Source: Alphaproteobacteria bacterium (GTDB lineage Bacteria; Pseudomonadota; Alphaproteobacteria; UBA828). Taken from it: 64,000 nt of DNA. The translations under genes and the position numbers were made by a program. Where the stretch lies: the NCBI GenBank assembly GCA_965220745.1, contig CBDCQT010000013.1:672001-736000 (forward strand), written 5' to 3'. Of this stretch, positions 18,058 to 27,551 are shown in pieces (positions within the stretch are counted from its first letter, which is position 1; each line of letters begins with the position of its first letter). The notes beneath the pieces were generated by a model that did no database searches, had not been told where the DNA came from, and worked only from the letters and a program-made list of their open reading frames with translations.

Positions 18058-20333
18058 GCATGCGCCTCCTGCGCTTCCTCTTCGCGCCCGAGCTGGGCCG
18101 CTGCCTGGCCGACATGCGCCAAGCCGCCTGGCGCTTGGGCCAGAATGTGCGCGCACTCTCGGACGGGAGTTGTCCCGTAGCAGGGAGTTCCCATGGACCA
18201 GGGAGCTCCCCTGTACCAGGGCGTTGCCCTGCGGCTGACAGAGACCGGCGCTGGAAGCGTCTCCTGGAGCGGGAGCGGCGCCTGCGCACCGTCCTGGGCG
18301 CCGCTCTTTCCGCCGCCGGCTTCGCCTTCGTGTCCCTCGGCGCTTCCGGCCTGGTTTCCGGCGCCGCCGGCGCCCAGACCATCGACCCGGACATATTCGC
18401 GACTGCGGACAACGCCACCCGCGACCTGTTCTCCTTCCTGAGCGACATGGACGTGGCCCGCCACGCCGTCCTCGGCGACATGCTCTTCGTCTTCAACGGC
18501 GGCGTGCTGGTGCTCGCGGGTTTTTTGCTGCTCTGGCACACCGTGGCTGGAACCGTCGACACCGCCCGCACCGGCCGCTGGGGCTTCGGGGCCTGGGAGA
18601 TCGTGCGCATCGTGGCGGCGGTGGCCCTCATGGCCCCGCTTCCGGGGGGCATGAACGGCGCGCAGCACGCCGTGGTCGGATTGGCCACCCTCGGCGGCGA
18701 CTTCGCGGGCGCGGTGTGGACCCCCTTCTCGGAGCAGGCGCTGGGCCGGGGCGATCCCATTGCGCCACGGCCCAAGGCTGCAGCCTGGCGCTCGGCCATA
18801 TCCCGCGTGCTGCTCGCCGAGACCTGCACGCATGTCGCCAACGCCAACGCGCGCCGTATCGGCGACGACCCCTATATAGAGGCGAACGAAGAGCGCGCGG
18901 ACGGCGCGCTGCTGCTCCGCTACGACGGCGACGGCCGGGGCATGCCCCGCGACCTCTGCGGCGCGGTGCGCTTCGACGGCCTCGACGGCGAGGGATCAAG
19001 AGGGATCGCCGCGCACGGCCATCGCAGGGCGATGGAGGGCCTGTTTCCGGCCATTCGCGGTCTGGCCGTCGAGCTGGGAGACCGCTACCTGCCGGGCTCG
19101 CCCGTGCACGGGCAGCCGCTGCCGGACGTCGAGGCTGCCATGAATGCGCGGGGCCTCGCGCTGTCCTATGAGTCCGTCCTTGACGATGCATTGAGCCGCG
19201 CGGCCTCCGAGGAGCGCCTTGCGCTCGAGCGTGCCGTCGCCGAGGACGCGGCGGGCTCGTCGTGGCTCGCGGCCGCAGGCTTCTTCAACACCATCGCGTC
19301 CCGCACCGGCCTCTTCCAGGCCGCAGCCCACAACGTCCCCGACGCAGCGCTTCCCCTGCCCAGCCTCGAGGAGTGGTCGCCGCCGGCTGCGGCGGCGGTC
19401 AAGGGCCTGCTGGGCGCGCTCGCCTCTTCGCGCACCTGGCAACCCGTGTTCTTCGCCGCAGGCGGCGGGGTCGCGGGGACGCTGCCGGCAGCAGGGGGCG
19501 GCAACGGCAGCCTGGTGGCCGGCCTCTTCGAGTTCATCGACCTCGATGCTGTCGTCATCGCCGACAGCGGCAACCCCATCGCCGACCTCGCGGGTTTTGG
19601 GCACGACCTGATTGCCTCTGCATTGAGCGCCATCGGCGCCATCTCCGGCGTCGCCGTGGGCTCCGGTCTGCTGGAATCCATCCCCTTCTTCGGCAAGGGG
19701 CTCGATGCCTTCGAGTCCGTCTGGCGGGTCACCGACGGCTTCGTTTCCACCATCCTCGGCCTCATGCTGATCGCGGGCGCCGTGCTGGCCTTCGTGCTGC
19801 CTGCGCTGCCTTTCATCCGCTTCCTCTTCGGCGTCTTCGGCTGGCTGGTGAACGTGGTGGAGGCGGTGCTCGCCGTCACCGTGTTCGCCGCCGCCCACGT
19901 CACGCGCGGCCAGGAACGTGGACTTGCGGTGCCGGCGACGCGCCAGGGGTGGCTGTTCCTGCCGGGGCTGATCCTGCGCCCGCCCCTGATGCTGTTCGGC
20001 CTCATCCTCGGCTACTTCGTGTTCCTCGCCGCCATCGGCCTGCTCAACGCCATCTGGCTGCCGCAGCTGCGGGACGCGGGCGCCTCGGACGGTCTCGGGC
20101 CGGTCGGCTTCCTCGCGATGCTCACCCTTTACGTGATGCTCTGCTACGCGCTGATGAACGGCGCCTTCAAGCTGATCGACCTGCTGCCTTCTGCGGTCAT
20201 GGAGTGGATCGGCGGGCGCGCCGGCGGCACCGACGACGGCGCGGGCCGTCTTGCGGGCGCCGTCACCGGCGGCATCGCGCGGGCCGGGAGCGGCCGCCTC
20301 ACGGGCCGGCTGCGCGGCGGAAGCGGCGGATAG
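18054..20333 (+). CDS. dotA: DotA/TraY-family polytopic membrane protein
   Basis: MLFVFNGGVL, TVDTARTG, SWLAAAGFF, LPALPFIRF, EAVLA, LILRPPLMLFGL, LIDLLPSAVMEWIGG. Confidence 0.9.
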   Translation: MSMRLLRFLFAPELGRCLADMRQAAWRLGQNVRALSDGSCPVAGSSHGPGSSPVPGRCPAADRDRRWKRLLERERRLRTVLGAALSAAGFAFVSLGASGLVSGAAGAQTIDPDIFATADNATRDLFSFLSDMDVARHAVLGDMLFVFNGGVLVLAGFLLLWHTVAGTVDTARTGRWGFGAWEIVRIVAAVALMAPLPGGMNGAQHAVVGLATLGGDFAGAVWTPFSEQALGRGDPIAPRPKAAAWRSAISRVLLAETCTHVANANARRIGDDPYIEANEERADGALLLRYDGDGRGMPRDLCGAVRFDGLDGEGSRGIAAHGHRRAMEGLFPAIRGLAVELGDRYLPGSPVHGQPLPDVEAAMNARGLALSYESVLDDALSRAASEERLALERAVAEDAAGSSWLAAAGFFNTIASRTGLFQAAAHNVPDAALPLPSLEEWSPPAAAAVKGLLGALASSRTWQPVFFAAGGGVAGTLPAAGGGNGSLVAGLFEFIDLDAVVIADSGNPIADLAGFGHDLIASALSAIGAISGVAVGSGLLESIPFFGKGLDAFESVWRVTDGFVSTILGLMLIAGAVLAFVLPALPFIRFLFGVFGWLVNVVEAVLAVTVFAAAHVTRGQERGLAVPATRQGWLFLPGLILRPPLMLFGLILGYFVFLAAIGLLNAIWLPQLRDAGASDGLGPVGFLAMLTLYVMLCYALMNGAFKLIDLLPSAVMEWIGGRAGGTDDGAGRLAGAVTGGIARAGSGRLTGRLRGGSGG
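18159..18230 (-). repeat. 18-bp family A array, 4 units in the dotA N-terminus
   Basis: gtagcagggagttcccat-ggaccagggagctcccct-gtaccagggcgttgccct plus one degenerate unit. Confidence 0.85.
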
Positions 20334-20707
20334 GTCGATGGGAGGCGATACGCGCCGCATGGCCGAAAGTGCGAGCGGCCTTGCCGCCGCCGCAACGACG
20401 CCGGGGACCGCTGCTGGCGGGCGGCCCCCGGTAGAGGGAGATGCACATGAAGAAGTCTCTAAAGGTGATGGTGACGATCATCGCCGAGCGGACGACGACA
20501 GTCAAGCGGCGGCGGAACTGCAACTGGTATCGGCACCTTCGACCGCGCCCGATGCGAACGTAATGACGGCATCTTGCGGAACCCGGTTGCGACTCACTTG
20601 TGAGGAGGCCCGGCGGGCCGGGCTCAAACGATGCCGGGGGCCGCCCCTGGATGGCACCCCCGGCACGTAACGACACAACTCAGCATGACATCACGAGGAT
20701 AGACACG

Positions 20708-21388
20708 ATGACCGAGCAGGAATCTGCCGTCAAGAGCCGCCGCAGGCGCGCACAAGAGAAGCTCACGCCGCCCCCTCGCTGGCCCGGGGATCCGGAGCAG
20801 GTCGAGGGTGTCGACGTGGACTTCGAGGCCGTCGCCCACGTGCTCGCCAACACCTGCCGTTGGGGCGGCCGCACGCGGCGCTTCTACTCGCTCGCCCAGC
20901 ACGCGCTCACCGCCTCGGAGGAGATCGAGGCGCTGGACGGCGTCGCAGACGAAGACCGCCGCACGCTCGCTCTCCATGCACTCCTCATGACTTCGCGCGC
21001 CGCCTGGCTCGGCGACGCGGAGGGAGAACGCCCCGCATCGGCCCGGGCGTCAGCGCTCGCCAGAACCCACGGCGAGGCCATCGACAGGGCCGTGCGCGAG
21101 GCCGCAGGGCTCGATCCGGAGCCCTGCGAGGAGTGGGCCGAGGTGCTGCGCTTTGTCGACCGCATGACCGATGCCGCAGAGAGGCGCGACCTCGGCGTGG
21201 ACAGCGGCGGCTTCCCCTTCCCGCCGCTGCGCCGCGCCATCCGGCCCCTGGCGCCCGAGGCCGCGGCAGAGCGCTGGCTCGCCCGCTTCAGAGAGCTGGC
21301 AGGCTCTTCCCGCTCCGGCGGCGTCCACGCCGGGAGCGATGCAACCGGTGTCCCGGCGGCTGCCGCCGAGGCGGAGGCCTCACGATGA
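20708..21388 (+). CDS. HD-fold (YfbR/phage nucleotidase-like) protein with degenerate HD motif
   Basis: AHVLANTCRWGG..FYSLAQH...ALLMTSRAAWLGD...AERRDL; the HD dyad position reads MT. Confidence 0.7.
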   Translation: MTEQESAVKSRRRRAQEKLTPPPRWPGDPEQVEGVDVDFEAVAHVLANTCRWGGRTRRFYSLAQHALTASEEIEALDGVADEDRRTLALHALLMTSRAAWLGDAEGERPASARASALARTHGEAIDRAVREAAGLDPEPCEEWAEVLRFVDRMTDAAERRDLGVDSGGFPFPPLRRAIRPLAPEAAAERWLARFRELAGSSRSGGVHAGSDATGVPAAAAEAEASR

Positions 21389-23610
21389 CCGGCGTCGGCG
21401 GGGACACCGGCCGCGGGCTCCGGGTCGCCGCCCGGAGCTTCCGCACATGGCTCAGTCTCGGCATGAAGGTCGCAATGGTCGTGATCGCCGCGGGTCTGGG
21501 CGCCGCAATCCACGAAACCTACGAGAAGACCGCCGAGTACGACCGCTACATCGTGGGTGTCCAGGTCATGTCCGAGATCATGCTCGCCCTGCAGTTCGAT
21601 CCGGACAGGGACAGGACGGTCCTTCGTCCGGACGATACGGAGTATGTCGGCAGCCTGGAAGAGATCGCCACGTTCGAGCCCTACCTCCGCCAGCGTGCCC
21701 GAATGGTGGACCGGGCCGTCGACGCTGCAATTCTCGGCGGCGGTATCGGCGCGGGCCTGGCCGTCGCCGCCCTCTTCGGGCTGCACCTCTTGGGGCGAAG
21801 GCTGGGGCGGGGCCGGCGCCTGCGCGGCGGAGAGCTGGTCAGCCGGAGAAAGCTCGCCTGGCGCACCCTGCCGTGGTGGCGGCGCCTGCCGCTGCCTGGC
21901 CGAGGCCCCGAAGCCTGGCCCTACACTATCGCCCGCATCCCCTGGCCGAAGGGAGCCGAGACCCGGCACACGATCGTCTCGGGAACCACCGGATCGGGCA
22001 AGACCGTGCTCATCGCGGACCTCGTGGAGCAGATCCGGAAGAGGGGAGAACGCTGCATCGTCTACGACAAGATGGGCTCCTATACCGAGACCTTCTTCGA
22101 CGAGCACCGGGACGTTCTCCTCAATCCCCTCGACAGGCGGGCACCCCGCTGGTCCCCCTTCCTCGAGGCCCGCACGGCGCGGGATTTCGACACCATGGCG
22201 GCGGCGCTGATCCCCCGACAGAAGGACGCCGCCGATCCCTTCTGGATCACCGCAGCCCGCCAGCTCTTCTCCCACGGCGCCGCCGTCCTCTGGCAAAGGG
22301 GGGAGACGCGTAACCGGGTGCTGGTGGATCACTTGCTCAAGACCGAGCTCAGCGCGCTCGCCGAGGCCATGGAGGGCACGGTGGCGCAGTCCATCGTCGA
22401 TCCCGCCAACCCGAAGACCGCGCTCTCGGTGCGCGCCATGCTCACCGCCAACATCGGCGCCATGGACCTGCTCCCCGACGAGGGCGATCCCTTCTCCATC
22501 CGCGAGTGGATCGAGCAGGACAGCGGAGGCTTCCTGTTCCTCACCTCGAGGGGCGATCAGCACGCGAGCCTGCGGGGCCTGATCTCGACCTGGCTGGAGA
22601 TTGCCGTCAACGCGCTGCTCTCCCTGCCGCGCAAGGACGCGCAAGGCAACGTCCCGGCACGCCGCACCTGGGTGATCCTGGACGAACTTCCCACCCTGCA
22701 TCAGCTTCCCTCCCTTCGTCCCGGCCTCGCGGAGAGCCGCCAGTTCGGGGGGTGCTTCGTCCTGGGGGTCCAGGTGTTCTCTGCGTTGCGCGACCTCTAC
22801 GGCCGCGACGGGGCAGAGACGATCTCGGGCCTCTGCGGCACGCGCGTGGTCCTGGCGGCGCCGGACAAGGACACCTCGGAGTGGTCTGCCGAGAGCCTGG
22901 GCCGTGTGGAGGTCGAGGCTCTCTCCGAGAGCGTGAGCTACGGGACAGGGGGACGCCCTGGTGCCCCGCACGGCGGCGTGTCCCTGAGCACGCGGCGCGA
23001 CCTGCGCCCGCTGGTGCTGCCGTCGGAGGTGTCGCGGCTGGAGAACCTCTCCGGCTATCTCAAGTTCCCCGGTGCCTGGCCGGTCGCACGGATCGGGCTC
23101 GACTACAGGAAGCGAACCGAAGTGGCCAAGCGCTTCGTGCCGAAGGCGGAGCACGGTGGAAGCAGGCGCTGCAGCACGAAGGAGGAGACGGCCGTCCAGG
23201 GCGCTGCCCCCGTGGCCGATGGCGTAACCGGCAGCGACGCCTATCCTGACCCGAAAGCGCGGCAAACCGACCCAACGTCGACGGTGGAGCGAGCGGTTCC
23301 GGCAACCGCTGCACCGGCCGGCCGGGGAGTCGAGAGGGACGCGTCCGAGGCGGAGATGGCTGTCGGCACCGCCGAAACCATATTCGGTGAGCCGGAGACG
23401 CAGGACGAGGCCGACATCCTGGAGCCGGAGGAATGGGTGCGTGGCGGCGAGGTCCCCGGCGACGCCGGCATCGATGCGCCGAACGAGTCCTGCTGGCGGT
23501 CCGAAGTACTGGCTGCCTCGGCGGGCGCGCGGGACGATCGAGGGGAATCGTCAGGCCAGAAGCGAGGCGAGGGCGAGGCGGACGACGCGAGCGGCCGGTG
23601 GCGGCTGTGA
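21385..23610 (+). CDS. traD: Type IV coupling protein, TraD/TrwB family
   Basis: Two TM helices, LRGGEL, Walker A GTTGSGKT, IVYDKMG, LNPLDRRAPRW, DPFW..AAR, LDELPTL, ESRQFGGCFVLG. Confidence 0.9.
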   Translation: MTGVGGDTGRGLRVAARSFRTWLSLGMKVAMVVIAAGLGAAIHETYEKTAEYDRYIVGVQVMSEIMLALQFDPDRDRTVLRPDDTEYVGSLEEIATFEPYLRQRARMVDRAVDAAILGGGIGAGLAVAALFGLHLLGRRLGRGRRLRGGELVSRRKLAWRTLPWWRRLPLPGRGPEAWPYTIARIPWPKGAETRHTIVSGTTGSGKTVLIADLVEQIRKRGERCIVYDKMGSYTETFFDEHRDVLLNPLDRRAPRWSPFLEARTARDFDTMAAALIPRQKDAADPFWITAARQLFSHGAAVLWQRGETRNRVLVDHLLKTELSALAEAMEGTVAQSIVDPANPKTALSVRAMLTANIGAMDLLPDEGDPFSIREWIEQDSGGFLFLTSRGDQHASLRGLISTWLEIAVNALLSLPRKDAQGNVPARRTWVILDELPTLHQLPSLRPGLAESRQFGGCFVLGVQVFSALRDLYGRDGAETISGLCGTRVVLAAPDKDTSEWSAESLGRVEVEALSESVSYGTGGRPGAPHGGVSLSTRRDLRPLVLPSEVSRLENLSGYLKFPGAWPVARIGLDYRKRTEVAKRFVPKAEHGGSRRCSTKEETAVQGAAPVADGVTGSDAYPDPKARQTDPTSTVERAVPATAAPAGRGVERDASEAEMAVGTAETIFGEPETQDEADILEPEEWVRGGEVPGDAGIDAPNESCWRSEVLAASAGARDDRGESSGQKRGEGEADDASGRWRL

Positions 23611-23712
23611 GAATGATGCGTTCCCCTCGGCCCTTCCGCAGCATGGGCACGTCGGGCGCCGGGTCGACCGGTCGGATTGCCGAAGCGGTGAGCAGCGGGT
23701 GAAACGGGTCCG

Positions 23713-26700
23713 ATGGTCGTCTCGATCGGAGCCATCGCCTCCGCCGCGCAGGGCGTGTCGTATTTCGAGCGGGACGGATACTACACGAAGGGGGATCCCC
23801 AACACCTGAATGCAAGCGCCTGGGTCGGCAAAGGCGCGGATGCGCTCGGGCTACGGGGTCCCGTCGAGCCCGATGTATTCCGGGAGATTCTGGAGGGTAT
23901 CGTGCCTGACGGCTCGGGGCGCCGCCTGGGGCGCCCCGAAAAGGACGGCACCGTCACGCATCGCCCCGGCAGGGACCTCACGTTCTCGGCGCCCAAATCC
24001 GTGTCTCTGGCCGCATTGCTCGGCGGTGATGCGAAGGTCGCAGCGGCCCACGATGCCGCGGTGAGGCGCACGCTCGCCTGGCTGGAGGCGACGACGATCC
24101 AGACCCGCATGAGAGATCCGGAGACCGGAATTCTGGTGCGCGCCGGCGGCCAGAAGATGGTGGCCGCCACCTTTCGTCACGAAGTCTCGCGCAACCTCGA
24201 CCCCCAGCTCCATACCCATGCGGTGATCGCAAACATGGTGCAGGGCGAGGACGGGGGAACACCCCGGTCCGGGGGAACGCCCCGGTCCGGCAAGTGGCGC
24301 ACCATGGCCAATGAACCCCTCTACAGGCGCCAGAAGCCGATCGGCATGGTCTACAGGAACGAGCTCGCGCGGGAGCTGCGGGCGCTCGGCTACGAAGTCG
24401 AGAAGACCCACGCCGACGGGCGTTTCGAGATCGCGGGCGTATCGCGGACCGTCGTCGAGGCCTTTTCTTCCCGCCGCGCGGAGATCGAAGCGGCGATGGC
24501 GGCGCGCGGCCTGGGCGATCCGGGCAGCAATCCGCACCTCGCCGAGCGCGCGGCCCTGATGACGCGCGCCCACAAGCGCGACGTGGACAGGGAGGCGCTT
24601 CAACGGAGCTGGCGCGAGCAAGCGGCGTCGCTGGGCTTCTCGGCAGAGGAGGCGATCAAGGCAGCCCGCAGGCAGCGCTCGATGAGCCCCGACGGCTCGG
24701 GACAGGGGGTTGAGGCGCCCCGCGAGCGGAACGCCGCCGGCAAAGAAGGCGCGACCCCGGGTGCGGCACGCGATGCCGGGCTGGCATCCGAGGCGGTGGC
24801 GTGGGCGACGGAGCACCTCTCCGAGCGCGAGGCAGTGTTCGCTCGCTCCGACCTGCTCGCCGCCGCGCTCGCCTGGAAACCGGGCGCCGTCCCCGTCGAG
24901 GCCGCTGGAACGGCTATCGAAGCGGCGCTCCAGGAGGGCCGGCTGCACGCCGCGCCGGGTTACCGGGGAGCTTCCCTCTCTCCGGGAGACGAGGGCCTGA
25001 CCACGGACATCGCGCTCGCCGACGAGCGCGAGACGATCGGCCTCATGCGCAGCGGCCAGGACAGGGGACGGGTGCTGATGCGCCGGCGAAAGGTACGCCA
25101 GCACCTGCACAAGGGACCGCTCACCGGCGGCCAGAGGCAGGCGGTAACCGCGATTCTCTCATCCAGGGATCGGGTCGTGGGCGTGCAGGGCTTCGCCGGC
25201 ACCGGCAAGACGGCCATGCTGAACCGGGCACGCGCGCTCGCGGAGAAGAGCGGATACCGCATGGTCGGGCTCGCACCCTCCGCCTCTGCCGTGCAGACGC
25301 TCGCGGCCGAGTCCGGCATACAGAGCGAGACCCTGCAGGGCTTCCTCGCGCGCAACGCAGGCGTCGCCGAGGGCAGGCTTGCCCGCAAGGCGGCCCGCAA
25401 GATGCGCGAGGACTTCGCGAAGACCGTTCTGGTGGTGGATGAGGGCTCGCTCGCCTCCACCGTCCAGGCCCGCGACCTGCTCAGGATCGCAGACGCCCTG
25501 CACATTCCCAGGGTCGTGCTGGTTGGCGACGAGAAGCAGCTCGACGCCGTCGACGCCGGCAAGCCCTTCGCCCAGTTGCAGCAGGCAGGCATGCAGACGG
25601 CGGTCATGGACCAGATATTGCGCCAGAGGGAGCCTGCGCTGAAGGAGGCGGTCGAGGCCAGTCTCGCAGGCGACGTCCGCACGGCGTTCGAAAAGCTCGG
25701 ATCCAATGTGGCGCAGGTGAAGGCCGACAACATTGCGGGCGCCGTCGCCGCGCGCTGGCTGAGGCTGTCATCGGAGGAACGTGAAAACACCGGCGTGATG
25801 GCGCCGAGCCACGAGCTCCGCGGCGCCATCAACGGCCACATCCGGGAGCGCCTCGCGAGAGAGGGCGCGATCCACGGCCCCACCTTCCACGGCGAGCAGC
25901 TGGTCTCCCGCGGCTACACGCGGGCGGAGAAGGCGCTCGCCGTCAACTATGCGCCCGGCGACGTGGTGACCTTCCACCGCGCCTACAAGCGAATGGGAAT
26001 CGGCAAGGGCGACGAGCGCCGGGTGGTCGAGGTGGACCGTCGCAGCCGCACGGTGGTGTTGGCGGACGCGAGCGGCGGCACCATCGCCTGGAAGCCCGGC
26101 ATGATCGCGGGTCGTCATGGCGGCAGCGAGGTCTACCGTGCGGAGCCCATTGAGCTGCGCGCGGGCGACCGTATGCGCTGGACCCGCAATGACAAGGGCC
26201 TCGGGCTGGTGAACGGCCGCACTGCCGAAGTGGTCTCGGTGAGCGCCGACCGCGTCTCCTTGCTGCTGGAGGACGGGCGGACGCTCGCGCTCGACAAGGA
26301 TGCCCCGCAGCTGCGCCATCTCGACCACGCCTGGGCTTCGACCGTGCACGCGTTCCAGGGACGCACGGTCGACAGGGTGATTGCCGCGATGGAGGCCAAC
26401 CACCCGCACCTGACGACGCAGAAGAGCTTCTATGTCGAGATCAGCCGGGCGCGCGACCAGGCCGAACTCGTGACGGACGACGTGGTGCGGCTACGGGAGC
26501 GGCTCGAGGCCACGACAGGCGAACGGATCGCTGCGCTGGAAGCGGTTACGCCGAAGAATCGGGACGCAACGGCGAAGGCAGCCGAGGCGACCGGCGAATT
26601 GCCGGCACACACGATGCCCGCGCGCTCGGACGCGGGCGTCAGGCCGCAGGCGGATCGAGGCGCGCCGTTGGACAAACAGACCGAACCGGGTGGCAGGGAA

Positions 26701-26778
26701 CATACTGAAGGCAAACCCGGGCCGAGCGAGCCTGCCCCTCGAAAGCGGATCGAGCTGGAACTGGAGTTGGAACTGTAG
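23713..26778 (+). CDS. MOBF relaxase-helicase (TrwC/TraI-like)
   Basis: SYFERDGYY tyrosines, DLTFSAPKSVS, HEVSRNLDPQLHTH, helicase GFAGTGKT, DEGS, GDEKQL, TVHAFQGRT, FYVEISRAR. Confidence 0.95.
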   Translation: MVVSIGAIASAAQGVSYFERDGYYTKGDPQHLNASAWVGKGADALGLRGPVEPDVFREILEGIVPDGSGRRLGRPEKDGTVTHRPGRDLTFSAPKSVSLAALLGGDAKVAAAHDAAVRRTLAWLEATTIQTRMRDPETGILVRAGGQKMVAATFRHEVSRNLDPQLHTHAVIANMVQGEDGGTPRSGGTPRSGKWRTMANEPLYRRQKPIGMVYRNELARELRALGYEVEKTHADGRFEIAGVSRTVVEAFSSRRAEIEAAMAARGLGDPGSNPHLAERAALMTRAHKRDVDREALQRSWREQAASLGFSAEEAIKAARRQRSMSPDGSGQGVEAPRERNAAGKEGATPGAARDAGLASEAVAWATEHLSEREAVFARSDLLAAALAWKPGAVPVEAAGTAIEAALQEGRLHAAPGYRGASLSPGDEGLTTDIALADERETIGLMRSGQDRGRVLMRRRKVRQHLHKGPLTGGQRQAVTAILSSRDRVVGVQGFAGTGKTAMLNRARALAEKSGYRMVGLAPSASAVQTLAAESGIQSETLQGFLARNAGVAEGRLARKAARKMREDFAKTVLVVDEGSLASTVQARDLLRIADALHIPRVVLVGDEKQLDAVDAGKPFAQLQQAGMQTAVMDQILRQREPALKEAVEASLAGDVRTAFEKLGSNVAQVKADNIAGAVAARWLRLSSEERENTGVMAPSHELRGAINGHIRERLAREGAIHGPTFHGEQLVSRGYTRAEKALAVNYAPGDVVTFHRAYKRMGIGKGDERRVVEVDRRSRTVVLADASGGTIAWKPGMIAGRHGGSEVYRAEPIELRAGDRMRWTRNDKGLGLVNGRTAEVVSVSADRVSLLLEDGRTLALDKDAPQLRHLDHAWASTVHAFQGRTVDRVIAAMEANHPHLTTQKSFYVEISRARDQAELVTDDVVRLRERLEATTGERIAALEAVTPKNRDATAKAAEATGELPAHTMPARSDAGVRPQADRGAPLDKQTEPGGREHTEGKPGPSEPAPRKRIELELELEL
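24253..24288 (+). repeat. 18-bp family A, 2 units in the relaxase DGKWR loop
   Basis: gggggaacaccccggtcc-gggggaacgccccggtcc; removing 36 bp restores DGKWRT. Confidence 0.9.
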
Positions 26779-26784
26779 TCCAAT

Positions 26785-26913
26785 TGCCGCGCTCGCCGGA
26801 ACCGCGCCGAGATAGTGGTGCGCCTGCATCAGGTTGCGGAAGCGGGCCTCGTCCGCCGCCACCACGATGTCAACCGCTACCTCCGAAAGAACCGCCACCG
26901 CCTTCCCGTCCAC
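26785..26913 (-). pseudogene. Fragment of a DUF4338-like IS-associated protein
   Basis: EARFRNLMQAHHYLG motif, truncated against the relaxase stop. Confidence 0.5.
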
Positions 26914-27059
26914 ACGGCTGCCTCACGGCACCTAAAGCGGAACGTGGCGGGGAAGTTCAGAATCACCGTCAACTCGTTGTCAGACGGCACCAATGCTCAA
27001 GGAACGTATCCGCCCTCGCCGGATACCCTGGAGCATGTGGTTCCGGGTCGCTTATCTGG

Positions 27060-27390
27060 TCCCCTGTCAGACAAGGGCATGTCTGCGGTGCAGTTTCAGT
27101 GGCAGCTTGGACTGACGCGGTACGAGACTGCGTTCGGCATTCTGCTCAGCTCCACGCTGGTATGGTGCGGCCCGGCCGCAGGTCGGGGCCGGATCGTGCC
27201 TGGAGACGGAGAGTATGCGGAGGTCGACGAGTCTTATGTTGGAGGCCGGACCCGTGGTGAAGGCCGAGGCGTTCACCACAAGACGCCGGTGGCCGCTGCC
27301 GTCGAAGCCCGCTACAGGAATCCCGACACCGCGCGGGACAGGCGGACGGGTGGCCGCTACGCCGAGCGCGTACGGCTGGCCGTCGAACTC
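27060..27390 (+). mobile_element. IS1595-family transposase remnant
   Basis: KGMSAVQFQWQLGLTRYETAF and AEVDESYVGG...KTPVAAAVE; later DDE residues absent. Confidence 0.7.
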
Positions 27391-27551
27391 ACGGTCGTCC
27401 CTCGTTCCGAACGTCAAGAGCGACACCAAGTGCACGCGCCCAGGGCGCCGCAACCCAATTCGAGCGCCTTGTTTCGAGCTCGCGGGCGGATGGGAACCCG
27501 TCCGGCGCGCAGCTTTCCGTTGGCAGCAGCGCGTGGCGGCGCCCGGTACGA

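Noticed and set aside
3465-20333. Legionella-type effector secretion system
   Set aside because: Linked relaxase, TraD, oriT and pilus genes indicate conjugation; no IcmS/IcmW/DotL or effector-like genes are visible.
20640-20707. Short CACGA/GACA periodicity upstream of the HD gene as an operator array
   Set aside because: Too degenerate to support by eye.
22948-24288. 18-mer as a Tn3-like footprint (13-bp GGGG..CCCC core plus 5-bp TSD)
   Set aside because: The flanking 5-mers are not duplicates (aggac vs ggtcc, gatac vs ggtgc); the right-hand 5-mer follows the unit consensus, not the target.
26785-26913. Druantia defence system (DUF4338)
   Set aside because: Only a ~40-codon fragment beside IS debris; no partner genes.
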